A DNA stretch of 64,000 bases from positions 1 to 64,000 of the forward strand of contig JALHMH010000017.1 in NCBI GenBank assembly GCA_022844165.1. Reading direction: 5' to 3'. The DNA is from Lysobacterales bacterium (GTDB lineage Bacteria; Pseudomonadota; Gammaproteobacteria; Xanthomonadales; SZUA-5). A model generated the notes under the pieces. The model was given only the letters and a program-made list of their open reading frames with translations, was not told where the DNA came from and did not search any database. Below are positions 25,747 to 35,493 of the stretch, piece after piece (positions within the stretch are counted from its first letter, which is position 1; every line of letters starts with the position of its first letter). The translations under genes were made by a program, and so were the position numbers.

Positions 25747-26792
25747 GAATCACGGTGGACAAGATTGCGAGTGTGACGCGCAATCTAAAACTGGCGCGAA
25801 CCTTGACCTTGAGCGAACACATCCTGCTGGAAGAAGGTTCGGTGGTTGCCGTGCGCGTGCATGGCGAAAAGTCCACTTACAATCAACTCGAAGACACACA
25901 CGGCCGCTGGATGACGCTACACGATGGCGATCTGGTGGTCGGCGCGCTCGGCAAGCGCCACGCGCTGCACGGTTATGAGGGCGTGATGCCGCAGTCGCTG
26001 GCGGTGGGCGATACGATCAATATGCTCAATATCGGTGGCGTCATGGGGCAATGCGTATCGTTCAACCCGGATGTCGGCAAACCGTTTCAGTTGGAAGTGC
26101 TCGGCCAGGTGCAGATCTTTCCTGAGTTTCAGTCGCGCCACGGCATTGCGGCCCATGTGCGGCACAACGCGCTCCAGGGCGTGCCCGATGCACCCAAGGT
26201 GCCGATCGTCTTTATCTTGGGCACGTGCATGAACGCCGGCAAGACCCTCGCAGGTTCGGCGATTGTTCGTGCGTTGCACCAACAAGGATTGAGAATCGGC
26301 GGCGCAAAGCTGACCGGGATCTCGCTGATGCGCGACACGCTGCACTTGTACGATCACGGCGCCGAAGTGATCGCCGACTTTACCGACGCCGGGATCGTCT
26401 GTTCTGGGCCCGAATCGGCGGCGCAAACGGCGCATGCGGTGTTGAGCGAAATCGCCGCGAAAGGCGTCGATGTGATCGTTGCCGAAACCGGCGATGGCGT
26501 GATGGGCGAATACGGCGTGCAGGCGATTCTCGCCGATGCCGATTTACGCACACAATGCGCATGTTTTGTGTTCTGTGCGAACGACCCGGTCGGCGTCAAA
26601 GGCGGCGTCGACTATCTGAAGGCGAGCTACGGTATCGACGTCGATATCGTCGCCGGACCCGCCACCGACAATCAGGTGGGGTCGCGCTTTGTCGAACGAC
26701 TGGGTATCCCGGCACGCAATGCGCGTGTCGATCCCAAAGCGCTCGGCGAATTGGCCGTCGAGAAGGTGCGAGCGTTTCGGAGCAGGCAATGA
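25743..26792 (+). CDS. DUF1611-like P-loop-fold protein inside the arg operon
   Basis: GTCMNAGKT (26220-26246), GAKLTG..RD, DFTDAG, ETGDG; ATGA overlaps with both argG and argC. Confidence 0.8.
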   Translation: MRITVDKIASVTRNLKLARTLTLSEHILLEEGSVVAVRVHGEKSTYNQLEDTHGRWMTLHDGDLVVGALGKRHALHGYEGVMPQSLAVGDTINMLNIGGVMGQCVSFNPDVGKPFQLEVLGQVQIFPEFQSRHGIAAHVRHNALQGVPDAPKVPIVFILGTCMNAGKTLAGSAIVRALHQQGLRIGGAKLTGISLMRDTLHLYDHGAEVIADFTDAGIVCSGPESAAQTAHAVLSEIAAKGVDVIVAETGDGVMGEYGVQAILADADLRTQCACFVFCANDPVGVKGGVDYLKASYGIDVDIVAGPATDNQVGSRFVERLGIPARNARVDPKALGELAVEKVRAFRSRQ

Positions 26793-27838
26793 TCGATGTC
26801 GTTGTGCTGGGCGCGTCCGGCTACGGCGGCGGCGAGCTGCTGCGACTACTGAGTCAATATCCGCACACCGGATCGATCACGGCGCTGTCTCGCCAGCATG
26901 CGGGAAAGCCGATCCATGCAGTGCATCCGCATTTGCGAGGTCTGGTGAGCGGCGAATTTGTGGCCAACGTCGATTGGTCGAAGCTTTCGGAGAGTGCGTC
27001 GCCCGTGGTGTTTGCGGCAATGCCGCATGGCGAATTTGCCAGACAATACGCGGCACTTGAAGCAGCCTGGGCCCACGCCGGGCTGGTTGATCGTATCAAG
27101 GTCATCGATTTGTCGGGCGATTTCCGATTGGAAGATGCCGACGCTTTCGAAGCAGCCTATGGATTTGCCCATCCATGCCCGCAGGCGCTGGATCAGTTCA
27201 CCTATGGACTGAGCGAATGGAATACCACAGCCATCGCAGCGAGCAGGCGGATCGCCAACCCTGGTTGTTTTGCCACCGCGATCCAGCTCGGGTTATTGCC
27301 GTTGCGGGCGCTGGATCTGGCCTGTCCATCCTGGGTTGCGATCAGCGCGATCACCGGATCCAGCGGTTCTGGCGCTGTGCCGTCCGAGACCACGCATCAC
27401 CCGACGCGTGCGCACGATTTTCGCGCTTACAAGATGTTGCAGCACCAGCACGAGAGCGAAATTCGCGCCTCGCTTCAACGTCATGGTACAGCGATCGATT
27501 TTGCGCTGGTGCCGCATTCGGCGCCGTTGGTGCGTGGAATTTTTGCGACCATCACTTTCCCCAGTGCAGTGGCAACGCACGAGCTGCGCGGGGCTTTTGA
27601 GAGCGCCTACCGAGATGCTTTCTTCGTCCGCATAGTAGACGGGACGCCGCGTGTCGCTGCCGTTTCCGGCAGTAATTTCGCGGATATCGGCGTTTGCTCA
27701 AGAAGTGGCGCCGCTACGGTGATGATCGCCATTGACAATTTGCTCAAGGGAATGGCTGGCCAGGCGCTGCAAAATTTGAACTTGATGCAGTCATATGCCG
27801 TCGAAATCGGCCTTCGCAACGCCGCCTGTTTTCCGTAA
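26789..27838 (+). CDS. argC: N-acyl-gamma-glutamyl-phosphate reductase
   Basis: GASGYGG, DLSGDFR, IANPGCF, DNLLKGMAGQA. Confidence 0.95.
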   Translation: MIDVVVLGASGYGGGELLRLLSQYPHTGSITALSRQHAGKPIHAVHPHLRGLVSGEFVANVDWSKLSESASPVVFAAMPHGEFARQYAALEAAWAHAGLVDRIKVIDLSGDFRLEDADAFEAAYGFAHPCPQALDQFTYGLSEWNTTAIAASRRIANPGCFATAIQLGLLPLRALDLACPSWVAISAITGSSGSGAVPSETTHHPTRAHDFRAYKMLQHQHESEIRASLQRHGTAIDFALVPHSAPLVRGIFATITFPSAVATHELRGAFESAYRDAFFVRIVDGTPRVAAVSGSNFADIGVCSRSGAATVMIAIDNLLKGMAGQALQNLNLMQSYAVEIGLRNAACFP

Positions 27839-27889
27839 GCTCGCCGCCTGGGCTTATGCTACGGACCAGGGGACAGCGGCAGGCAGCGG

Positions 27890-30187
27890 ATGCGTTTTCT
27901 GATCGTACTATGGTTGATTGCAACTCACGCGGTGGGCGCGGCGTCGGAATCGGTTTGGGTGAGCGAGGTTGTGCAACCGAGTAAACGCCTGATCGATATG
28001 CGCCAAATGCAGCCTTCGCCCGAGTGGCGACCCGGCGATCCAATCGTCGAGGTGCCACGGCGAATGAGTGGGGCGGCGAATGCCCAGAGCCCGCGCCGGC
28101 CCACGCGAGGCGACGATCCTCTGGTTGCATTGCAAAGACAAGCGCCCGATGGCATCGGCGTGATGTCGCCGCCGTTGCAAAACTTCGATGCGATTCGCAG
28201 TAACACCTCGCCCAATGATCCGACGGTGGATGTGGGCAAGCGTCACGTGGTCGTCGCCATCAACAGCCCAAACGGTGCGGAGTTCGCGGTGTACGACAAA
28301 GTGACCGCACAGGCCGTTGTCCCGCGGACTTTGATGCGGCAGCTGGGCGGCAATAGCATCTGCGGCATGACCGGTCGCGGCGATGGCATCGTTTTGTTCG
28401 ACGAGATGGCCTCGCGCTGGCTGTTCACCGAGTTCACTCAGTCGGCGAATGTGCTGTGCGTGTACCTGAGTGATCGCGACGATTTGTCGGCGAACGTAGA
28501 GTGGACGCACTACGTCTTTGCTGTGCCCGCATACCCCGATTATCCCAAGTATGGTGTGTGGCCGAACGCTTACTTTGTCGGCGCCAATGAAACCGGAACT
28601 GCCGGGCAGCGCCCGATGTATGCGATCGATCGCCACGCGACGCTGGCCGGTCAGCCGGCAACATTGCAGCGGTTAACCACTCCGCGTTTGGCAGGGTTCG
28701 CCTTTGAGGCGCTGCAACCGGCGGACTTGACCGGTTCCGATTTGTTGCCGCTGCCCGATGCGCCTGGAATCTTCCTGCGGCACCGCGACGATGAAGCGCA
28801 CAATCCGCAGGACAACGATCCGACCCGCGACTTTCTGGAACTGTACGAGTTCCATGTTGATTTCCAACAGCCCGCCAACACGATGCTCGTCGGGCCGACC
28901 CGACTTGAAGTCGCCGAGTTCAGTTCGGACCTGGCGGGCCTCACGACGTTCCAGGTGTTTCCCCAGCCCAATGGGGTCCGCATTGATGCGGTGCGCGAAC
29001 AAATCATGCATCGCGTCGCCTATCGGCGATTTCCCGATTACGAAGCGCTGATTGCCAACCATGTCACCGACTTGAGTCTAGGCTCAGGATCTGGTTTTCC
29101 AGACGACAGCGGTGCGGTGCGTTGGTACGAGTTACGGCGGTCTGGACAAACCAGCGAGTTGTTTGCCAATGGGTTTGAGACGAACGACACCGGCGGCAAT
29201 TGGGCGGTATATCAGCAAGGCACTTACGCGCCCGAAGAGCCGCCGCTGAACCACCCCGCAGACCGCTGGCTGGCAGCAGTGTCGATCGATGCAAGAGGCA
29301 ACATCGCGATGGCTTACAACAAGCTTCGCGACGCCAACCCACCGCTGCCCGCAGGTTTAAGCTACACCGGGCGACGCGCGAATGACCCTCTGGGCGTCAT
29401 GACCCAGGCTGAAACCACCATCGTCGCAGGTAGCGGCAGTATCGGCGGCGTGCGCTGGGGCGACTATGCGGACATGGGAGTCGATCCTGTCGACGGTTGT
29501 ACGTTCTGGTTCTTCAGCAACTACGTTGCGGTCGATCAGCGCAACAATCGTCTGGCGTCTTTCAAATTCGGCGATTGTCAGCGGACCGGTATTTCGCTGT
29601 CTCCAGACACGCCACAAATCGGCATCTGCGCGTTGCAGGGCAGCCCCACCGCGGCAACGCCGGTGACGATCAGCGTCGAAGCCACACCAGATCTTCCCGG
29701 GCCTGTGGGGCTCGAGGTTTTGGGTCCTTTGCCCGTCGGTATGGCCGCCAGCGTTTCTCCACCCGGCGTCGACCCGCCCGCGGTGGCCACGCTGGCGATC
29801 AGCGCCACCAACGCTGCGCCGAGGATGAGCAGAATCACGGTACGCGCCAGTGCGTCGCCGTATACCCAGTTGGCGAATGTTGTGGCCCGCGTCGCAACCG
29901 TCGAACCGGACTCCCCGGAAGTTGTTTCCCCAGAGGCTGGAGCGTTGGATGTCCTGATTGTTCCCTTGTTTCAGTGGTCAGCAGTCAACCAGGCCTCAAG
30001 CTACACCATCACGGTTGGCACGGAGCCAACGTTTTCCTCCCCGCTCTTCAGCCAAACGCTGATCGGTACCTCGCTGCTCTCGCCCATCAGCCTGCCGGCC
30101 GGCAGCACGATTTACTGGAGCGTTCGCGCCCGCAACGAGTGTGGGCAAGGGAACGGCTTTATCGCCAGTTTCGAAACACGATTATGA
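27890..30187 (+). CDS. Secreted beta-rich protein with C-terminal Ig/Fn3-like domains
   Basis: Signal peptide, DYPKYGVW, RWGDY, DPVDGCTFW, YWSVRARNECG. Confidence 0.8.
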   Translation: MRFLIVLWLIATHAVGAASESVWVSEVVQPSKRLIDMRQMQPSPEWRPGDPIVEVPRRMSGAANAQSPRRPTRGDDPLVALQRQAPDGIGVMSPPLQNFDAIRSNTSPNDPTVDVGKRHVVVAINSPNGAEFAVYDKVTAQAVVPRTLMRQLGGNSICGMTGRGDGIVLFDEMASRWLFTEFTQSANVLCVYLSDRDDLSANVEWTHYVFAVPAYPDYPKYGVWPNAYFVGANETGTAGQRPMYAIDRHATLAGQPATLQRLTTPRLAGFAFEALQPADLTGSDLLPLPDAPGIFLRHRDDEAHNPQDNDPTRDFLELYEFHVDFQQPANTMLVGPTRLEVAEFSSDLAGLTTFQVFPQPNGVRIDAVREQIMHRVAYRRFPDYEALIANHVTDLSLGSGSGFPDDSGAVRWYELRRSGQTSELFANGFETNDTGGNWAVYQQGTYAPEEPPLNHPADRWLAAVSIDARGNIAMAYNKLRDANPPLPAGLSYTGRRANDPLGVMTQAETTIVAGSGSIGGVRWGDYADMGVDPVDGCTFWFFSNYVAVDQRNNRLASFKFGDCQRTGISLSPDTPQIGICALQGSPTAATPVTISVEATPDLPGPVGLEVLGPLPVGMAASVSPPGVDPPAVATLAISATNAAPRMSRITVRASASPYTQLANVVARVATVEPDSPEVVSPEAGALDVLIVPLFQWSAVNQASSYTITVGTEPTFSSPLFSQTLIGTSLLSPISLPAGSTIYWSVRARNECGQGNGFIASFETRL

Positions 30188-30597
30188 GTAGCGAACAGAA
30201 CCCGGCACCCGGCGAATTGCGATTGGACATCTGGCTCTGGGCGGCGCGCTTTTTCAAGACTCGCTCGCTCGCCAAACAAGCGATCGATCACGGCCGCGTG
30301 GAGGTCGATGGCGATCGCGCCAAGCCTGCCCGATTGGTTCGGATTGGACAGCAGTTGCGCATTCGCCGAGGCGATGATGTGTTTGTCGTCGAGGTCACGG
30401 CCATCCATCCGCGGCGTGGCAACGCGGATGCCGCCGCGGTCCTTTACCAGGAAACCCAGAGCAGCCTGGCCGAGCGTACCGAGCAGGCGCAGCGACGCGC
30501 CCGGGATCGCGCATCGTTCTCCCCTCCGCCAGCCAAACCCGACAAAAAAAGCCGCCGCAGCCTGCGTAGTTTGCTCGACTACCATGGTCCAGGTTAG
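30184..30597 (+). CDS. hslR: Ribosome-associated heat shock protein Hsp15 (S4 domain)
   Basis: RLDIWLWAARFFKTRSLA, KPDKKSRR. Confidence 0.9.
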   Translation: MSSEQNPAPGELRLDIWLWAARFFKTRSLAKQAIDHGRVEVDGDRAKPARLVRIGQQLRIRRGDDVFVVEVTAIHPRRGNADAAAVLYQETQSSLAERTEQAQRRARDRASFSPPPAKPDKKSRRSLRSLLDYHGPG

Positions 30598-30605
30598 GGG
30601 GCCAA

Positions 30606-33509
30606 TCACACCTGCGGCGGCTTGTTCAGGGCTACTTTTCGGTCTTCCTGAAACGGCAGCAGGGCAACCTGCTGACCGAGTTGGTCAACGTGTTCCATCG
30701 CGTCCACCCAGGCAGGATCGTTGCGCGCGGCTGCTTTCCCGAGTCGTCGCTGAATGGCTTCGGCCAGACTGAGATATAAGTCGATCCGAAGGCCTGGACG
30801 GATATTGAATTCGCCGGCTTGTGCGATGGTCCTAAGCAGGCTTTCCTCGGGATTCTCGAGTTCGCCAGCAAGCCACTTCGCATTGATCAGCCCAGCAACC
30901 AGGCGAAAGCGCTCTGGAGGGGATTTCCGGCGCGATACCCGGTCAAATCGATTGAGGCTGTCTTCGATCGCGTGCAGTGACTCGGTATAGCGATGCTGCC
31001 ATTGCAGTATCAATCCGCGATCGCGCATGAACTCGATGACGCGTTCCTGGGACATCTGATCGCCGTTGACCAAATCGGCGATCGCTTCGTCGCATAGTGC
31101 TAATCCGCGAGCCAGATCGCCGGTCATGGCCTCGGCCAGACCAAGCCGGCATCGCGTGATCGCGGTGATACTCGGCGAACGTTGGTCATCTGCCAGGCTC
31201 AACTCCAGTGCCTGCGCTTGATAATCTCGCGCTTCTGCAAAGCGCCCCAAGGCGGCTGCGGTGAACCCCAGGTTGCTGAGCAAGACATAGTCCCCATCGG
31301 ACGGGGCACTCGACATCGATCGCGACAACGTCAACGCTTGCAGCTGATTGTCGTGAGCCTCTCGGAATTTGTTTAGCTCGCTCTGCACGCTGCCAAGGGT
31401 GCTCAGGGCATCGATTCGGCGCCAATGATGCTCAGGCAAGAGTTCTCGATAAATGGCCACAGCTGCTTCGGCGAGAGGTTCCGCATCAGACGGACGCCTC
31501 ATGTAGCGCAGCGTGCCTGCGTATGAGTTCAAGATATCGCCGGTGAGAATGTGCCGTTCGCCGAAACTTGCGCGGGCCGCACCGAGCGCCTTTTCGTAAC
31601 TTTCGATCGCCACGTCGAACTCGCCGTTTGGTGTCGCCATTCGGGCGTGATTGAGCAGGACTCGAATCTGCAGCGCCGCATCGCACACCGGGATGGCGAA
31701 ACCGGAAAGCGCGCGAACATGCGATGCGGCATAGTGCAGAAACCGAACGTCGATCGAACCGCCCCGTGCTGACGAGCGGTCGGCGACCTCCAGCGTCGAG
31801 CATAGATCTACAGCCTGGCTCGCCAGCGCGTACTGAACGCCGACATCGTGGCCCATCATGTCGTGCCATTTGGATCGCAACAGAATGACTTCGACCTGTT
31901 GCGAAGTGGCGAGCGTTGCAGTGATTTCTTCCAATCGGTCCAGGAAGGGTGCGACTTCGCTTTCTCTATTCGCCGCGAAATGGGTTGCTACCAATTCGAT
32001 CATGGCTTGCGCCTGTAGCGCTTGCTGGTTCGACGGCAGTTCGTTAATCAACTCGCTGAGCACCTGTGTAGCCCGATCAATATCCCCCTGGCCCCGCAAT
32101 ACCGCGGCGAGCTGGATGAGGAGCGATGCGCGTGCCTCCGGCACCAGACGATTCGTGCTGCCGAGTTCGACAATTGCCCGTTCGGTGACTTCGGCGACGC
32201 TGGCCCGATCGCGACCGGGGCTCGATGGCTCGGCGCTCCGGAACACGTCGATCAGGAACTGCTGAGTGCTTTGCGCAAGCTGCGCCTGCGCTCTTGCGAT
32301 ATGCGCCTGCTGCCAGGCAATCACAACGCTGATTGAAATTCCAACCACCGTGGTCGCCACGAGCGCGCAGGCCAGAGCGTGTCTTCGGACAAATTTGCCG
32401 AGCACATAGGGCAGACGCGGCCGCCGCGCCAGAATGGGCTCGTTGTCTAGATGACGCTGAATATCGTGCGCCAATGCAGCCGCGTGGCTATACCGGTCTC
32501 GCGGATCTTCGGCCGATGCCTTCAATACGATGGTGTCGAGGTCGCCCGAGAGTTGCTGTGCGAGCTTGCGTTTGTCGCGGACGAGCGAACTCGGCGACAC
32601 GACCGTTCGTGCCTGTTTTCGGTTCGTGAGCAGTTCTGACAGTAGCAAGCCGAGGGCATAGACGTCGGTTTGCGTCGTAATGTGGCCACCATTGAACTGC
32701 TCCGGTGCAGCGTAACCCGGGGTCAGCAGCAGGTTGTGCGTTTCGGTGACTTCTTGTCCGGTTGGGCTCAGGAATTTGGCAATGCCGAAGTCCAGCAATT
32801 TCACTTCGCCGGCTTCCGTGACGAGCACGTTGCTTGGCTTGATATCGCGGTGAACGATTAGGGCCTGGTGCGCCGACTCTACGGCGCTGCACACCTTCGC
32901 GAAGGCCTCCAGCCGTTGGCGCAACGACCATTGTTGCATCTGCGCCTGCATCGTCAGGAACTCGCCGTTGACCAGCTCCATGGCGATATAGGCGAGACCT
33001 TCCGGGGTCACGCCACCATCAATGTAGCGGGCAATGTTGGGGTGCTCCAATTGGGTCAGCGCTTGCCGCTCGCGGCGGAATCGATGCAGTTCTGGCGCGT
33101 CGATGAGCACGCGGCGAAAGAGTTTCAGTGCAACCGGTTGCATGACACCGGCAACTTCGCGCGTCGCTTTGAACACCCAGGCGCTTCCGCCTGAACCCAG
33201 TGTCGAAAGCAGAGTGAAGTCTCCAATCTGGCGGCCCAGCCAGTCGGTTTGCAAAATCTCCGGAATGAGCTGTTCGGCGATCTCGTTCAGCGGTCTGGTG
33301 AACAGGTTCACGGCCGATCGCTGGATACGTTCGGTGTTCGGTTGCACTTCCTGCGGAGCATCCATTGGCGTTGGCGATTGTTCCAGCATGCGCATCAACA
33401 AGGCTTTTGTGGCCTCCGATTCAATGAGTCCATGGACAAAGTGCGAACGCTGCTCGGGCAACAAGGCCATGGCGTGCTCGAACAACGAACGTAAGGATTC
33501 AGGACGCAT
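30606..33509 (-). CDS. Hanks-type Ser/Thr kinase with TM helix and TPR repeats
   Basis: GSGG, VALK, HRDIKPSN, DFG, YAAPE; hydrophobic helix then TPR-like repeats. Confidence 0.92.
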   Translation of the reverse strand: MRPESLRSLFEHAMALLPEQRSHFVHGLIESEATKALLMRMLEQSPTPMDAPQEVQPNTERIQRSAVNLFTRPLNEIAEQLIPEILQTDWLGRQIGDFTLLSTLGSGGSAWVFKATREVAGVMQPVALKLFRRVLIDAPELHRFRRERQALTQLEHPNIARYIDGGVTPEGLAYIAMELVNGEFLTMQAQMQQWSLRQRLEAFAKVCSAVESAHQALIVHRDIKPSNVLVTEAGEVKLLDFGIAKFLSPTGQEVTETHNLLLTPGYAAPEQFNGGHITTQTDVYALGLLLSELLTNRKQARTVVSPSSLVRDKRKLAQQLSGDLDTIVLKASAEDPRDRYSHAAALAHDIQRHLDNEPILARRPRLPYVLGKFVRRHALACALVATTVVGISISVVIAWQQAHIARAQAQLAQSTQQFLIDVFRSAEPSSPGRDRASVAEVTERAIVELGSTNRLVPEARASLLIQLAAVLRGQGDIDRATQVLSELINELPSNQQALQAQAMIELVATHFAANRESEVAPFLDRLEEITATLATSQQVEVILLRSKWHDMMGHDVGVQYALASQAVDLCSTLEVADRSSARGGSIDVRFLHYAASHVRALSGFAIPVCDAALQIRVLLNHARMATPNGEFDVAIESYEKALGAARASFGERHILTGDILNSYAGTLRYMRRPSDAEPLAEAAVAIYRELLPEHHWRRIDALSTLGSVQSELNKFREAHDNQLQALTLSRSMSSAPSDGDYVLLSNLGFTAAALGRFAEARDYQAQALELSLADDQRSPSITAITRCRLGLAEAMTGDLARGLALCDEAIADLVNGDQMSQERVIEFMRDRGLILQWQHRYTESLHAIEDSLNRFDRVSRRKSPPERFRLVAGLINAKWLAGELENPEESLLRTIAQAGEFNIRPGLRIDLYLSLAEAIQRRLGKAAARNDPAWVDAMEHVDQLGQQVALLPFQEDRKVALNKPPQV

Positions 33510-33746
33510 GGCTACCTTGGGGATCGAGTGAGGCGCTCAATTTGTGGTGGTTCATGCCCTGCGGAAGCAAGCGGAACTTGCCAGGCTGATTCGGGGAGTA
33601 TTGACCGTAGACGATGCGCGACCGCGTTCTGGGACATTTTGCGTCGGCCCTCGTTGTAGAAACACGATCTTCCAGCCGGTCCTGCTCGCCGATTGCGTAC
33701 TCGATGTTCGAACGCCATGCTGCCAGGCTTTGCACCAGGCGATGGC

Positions 33747-34628
33747 ATGCTGCCGGTCCGCGATCTTGGCTTTGCGTTACTGATATGTCTGGCATGGGCA
33801 GGAAACTTCCTGGCCACCGCATCCGCCGTGCAGCATTTTCCGCCGATCCTGTTTACCGCGCTGCGCTTAATTCTGGTCTTGGTCCTGCTGGTGCAATTTT
33901 TGCGGCCACTACCGCGTCCGCTGTGGCGCACGTTTGCTGCCGTGGCGTTGCTGACGGGTGCCTTGCACTTCGGCTTCAACCACTGGGCCATCGCAGCTGC
34001 TGGCGATATCAGCTCGGTAGCGCTGAGTTTGCAGAGCTACATCCCGATGACCGCAATTCTGGCTTGGTGGCTGCTCGACGAACGGCCCACCGCAATGACC
34101 TGGGTCGGCATCGCCGTGGCCTTCGCGGGCGTTACGCTGCTGGCATTCGACCCATTGGTGCTGGATGCGCCGATCGCTCTGGCGCTGTCGTTGATTGCCG
34201 CCGCAACGCTCGCGGTCGGGACGGTGTATCTGCGGCGCCTGCCGGGCTTGCATCCGTTCCAGGTGCAGGCCTGGAGTGCCGCGATCAGTATCCCCGTGCT
34301 CTTGCTGTGGTCGTTGACGACCGAGGCATGGTCGTGGACAACGCTGATGACAGCGCGCTGGCTGGACTGGGGTGGTGTGGCCTATTCGGCGCTGGCCGCA
34401 TCGTTGATTGGCCATGGCCTGCTCTATGGATTACTGCAACGCCATCCCGTGGCGCAGGTGACGCCAGTGTTGATGTTGACGCCGGTCTTTGCGGTGACGT
34501 TGGGCGTGTTGGTCTGGGGCGATCGACCGGGTCCGGAACTGCTGATCGGCGGTGCCCTGGTGTTGTTCGGCGTGCTGCTGGTGGTGCTCAAAGGTGGGCG
34601 CAAGGCTCAGGCGAAAAGCGCTGCGTAG
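33747..34628 (+). CDS. EamA/DMT family transporter
   Basis: About ten hydrophobic helices, WAGNF, PILFTALR, duplicated EamA pattern. Confidence 0.88.
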   Translation: MLPVRDLGFALLICLAWAGNFLATASAVQHFPPILFTALRLILVLVLLVQFLRPLPRPLWRTFAAVALLTGALHFGFNHWAIAAAGDISSVALSLQSYIPMTAILAWWLLDERPTAMTWVGIAVAFAGVTLLAFDPLVLDAPIALALSLIAAATLAVGTVYLRRLPGLHPFQVQAWSAAISIPVLLLWSLTTEAWSWTTLMTARWLDWGGVAYSALAASLIGHGLLYGLLQRHPVAQVTPVLMLTPVFAVTLGVLVWGDRPGPELLIGGALVLFGVLLVVLKGGRKAQAKSAA

Positions 34629-35227
34629 CGCCGCGCGTTCGCCTCGATATCGCCCACCAGCACACCGCGCGAAACCGCCAGCGCATGCGCGCCAGCGTCG
34701 ATCAACTCGCTGCCATTCTCCGGAGTGATGCCGCCAATGGCGACCATTGGTAATCCAAAGGTGCGCGCTTTGCGCAGCAAAAGCGCCTCGGCGTGGCGCG
34801 CATTCGGTTTGGTCTCGCTGGGGAAAAAGGCGCCAAAGGCGAGGTAGCTGGCCCCCGCGTCTGCGGCGCGTTGTGCGTTCACCACACTGTCGTAACACGA
34901 CGCGCCGATGATCGCCAGTGGCCCCAGGCGCGCTCGCGCAGCCCTGATCGTCATGTCGTGCTCACCGATGTGCACGCCGTGCGCGTTCAGCGAATACGCC
35001 AAGTCCACGTCATCGTTGATGATGAATAATGCGCCGGCTCGCCGACAGCACTGGAACAGCGCCTGGGCGCGCTCGAAGCGCTCTTGAGCGCTGGCCGATT
35101 TGTCGCGATATTGGATCAACCTTGCGCCGCCGGCAATGGCCGCTGCGCAGGCCTCGACCAAACGAAAGTGCTCGACCCAGGTGGTATCGATCAGCACATA
35201 CAGACCAGCAATGGCGCCTGGGTTCAT
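34607..35227 (-). CDS. thiE: Thiamine-phosphate synthase
   Basis: QYRDK, INDD, GVHIG, SETKP, AIGGI. Confidence 0.93.
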   Translation of the reverse strand: MNPGAIAGLYVLIDTTWVEHFRLVEACAAAIAGGARLIQYRDKSASAQERFERAQALFQCCRRAGALFIINDDVDLAYSLNAHGVHIGEHDMTIRAARARLGPLAIIGASCYDSVVNAQRAADAGASYLAFGAFFPSETKPNARHAEALLLRKARTFGLPMVAIGGITPENGSELIDAGAHALAVSRGVLVGDIEANARRYAALFA

Positions 35228-35289
35228 CGACTGAGCATTCGCATTGGTTATGACAGACTATCCGATTAGAAACTGGACAAGGATGCCCA

Positions 35290-35487
35290 ATGAGCGATCC
35301 CACCGATCACCGCGGCCCATTCAAGACCTATGTGTGTGTGGTCTGCGGCTTTATTTACGATGAAGCAGCCGGCTGGCCGGCAGAAGGCATTGCCGCCGGC
35401 ACACGCTGGTCAGACGTGCCGGATTGGTGGACCTGCCCGGATTGCGGCGTGGGCAAGTCCGATTTCGACATGGTCGAAACGGCGTAG
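35290..35487 (+). CDS. Rubredoxin
   Basis: CVVCGFIY...WTCPDCG. Confidence 0.95.
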   Translation: MSDPTDHRGPFKTYVCVVCGFIYDEAAGWPAEGIAAGTRWSDVPDWWTCPDCGVGKSDFDMVETA

Positions 35488-35493
35488 TCGGCC

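Noticed and set aside
24957-27838. 611-aa and 537-aa ORFs as fusion proteins
   Set aside because: N-terminal extensions are off-frame overlaps with upstream genes; true starts are the ATGA overlaps at 25743 and 26789.
35228-35289. TPP riboswitch upstream of thiE
   Set aside because: Gap is only 62 bp and lacks the CTGAGA-containing fold.
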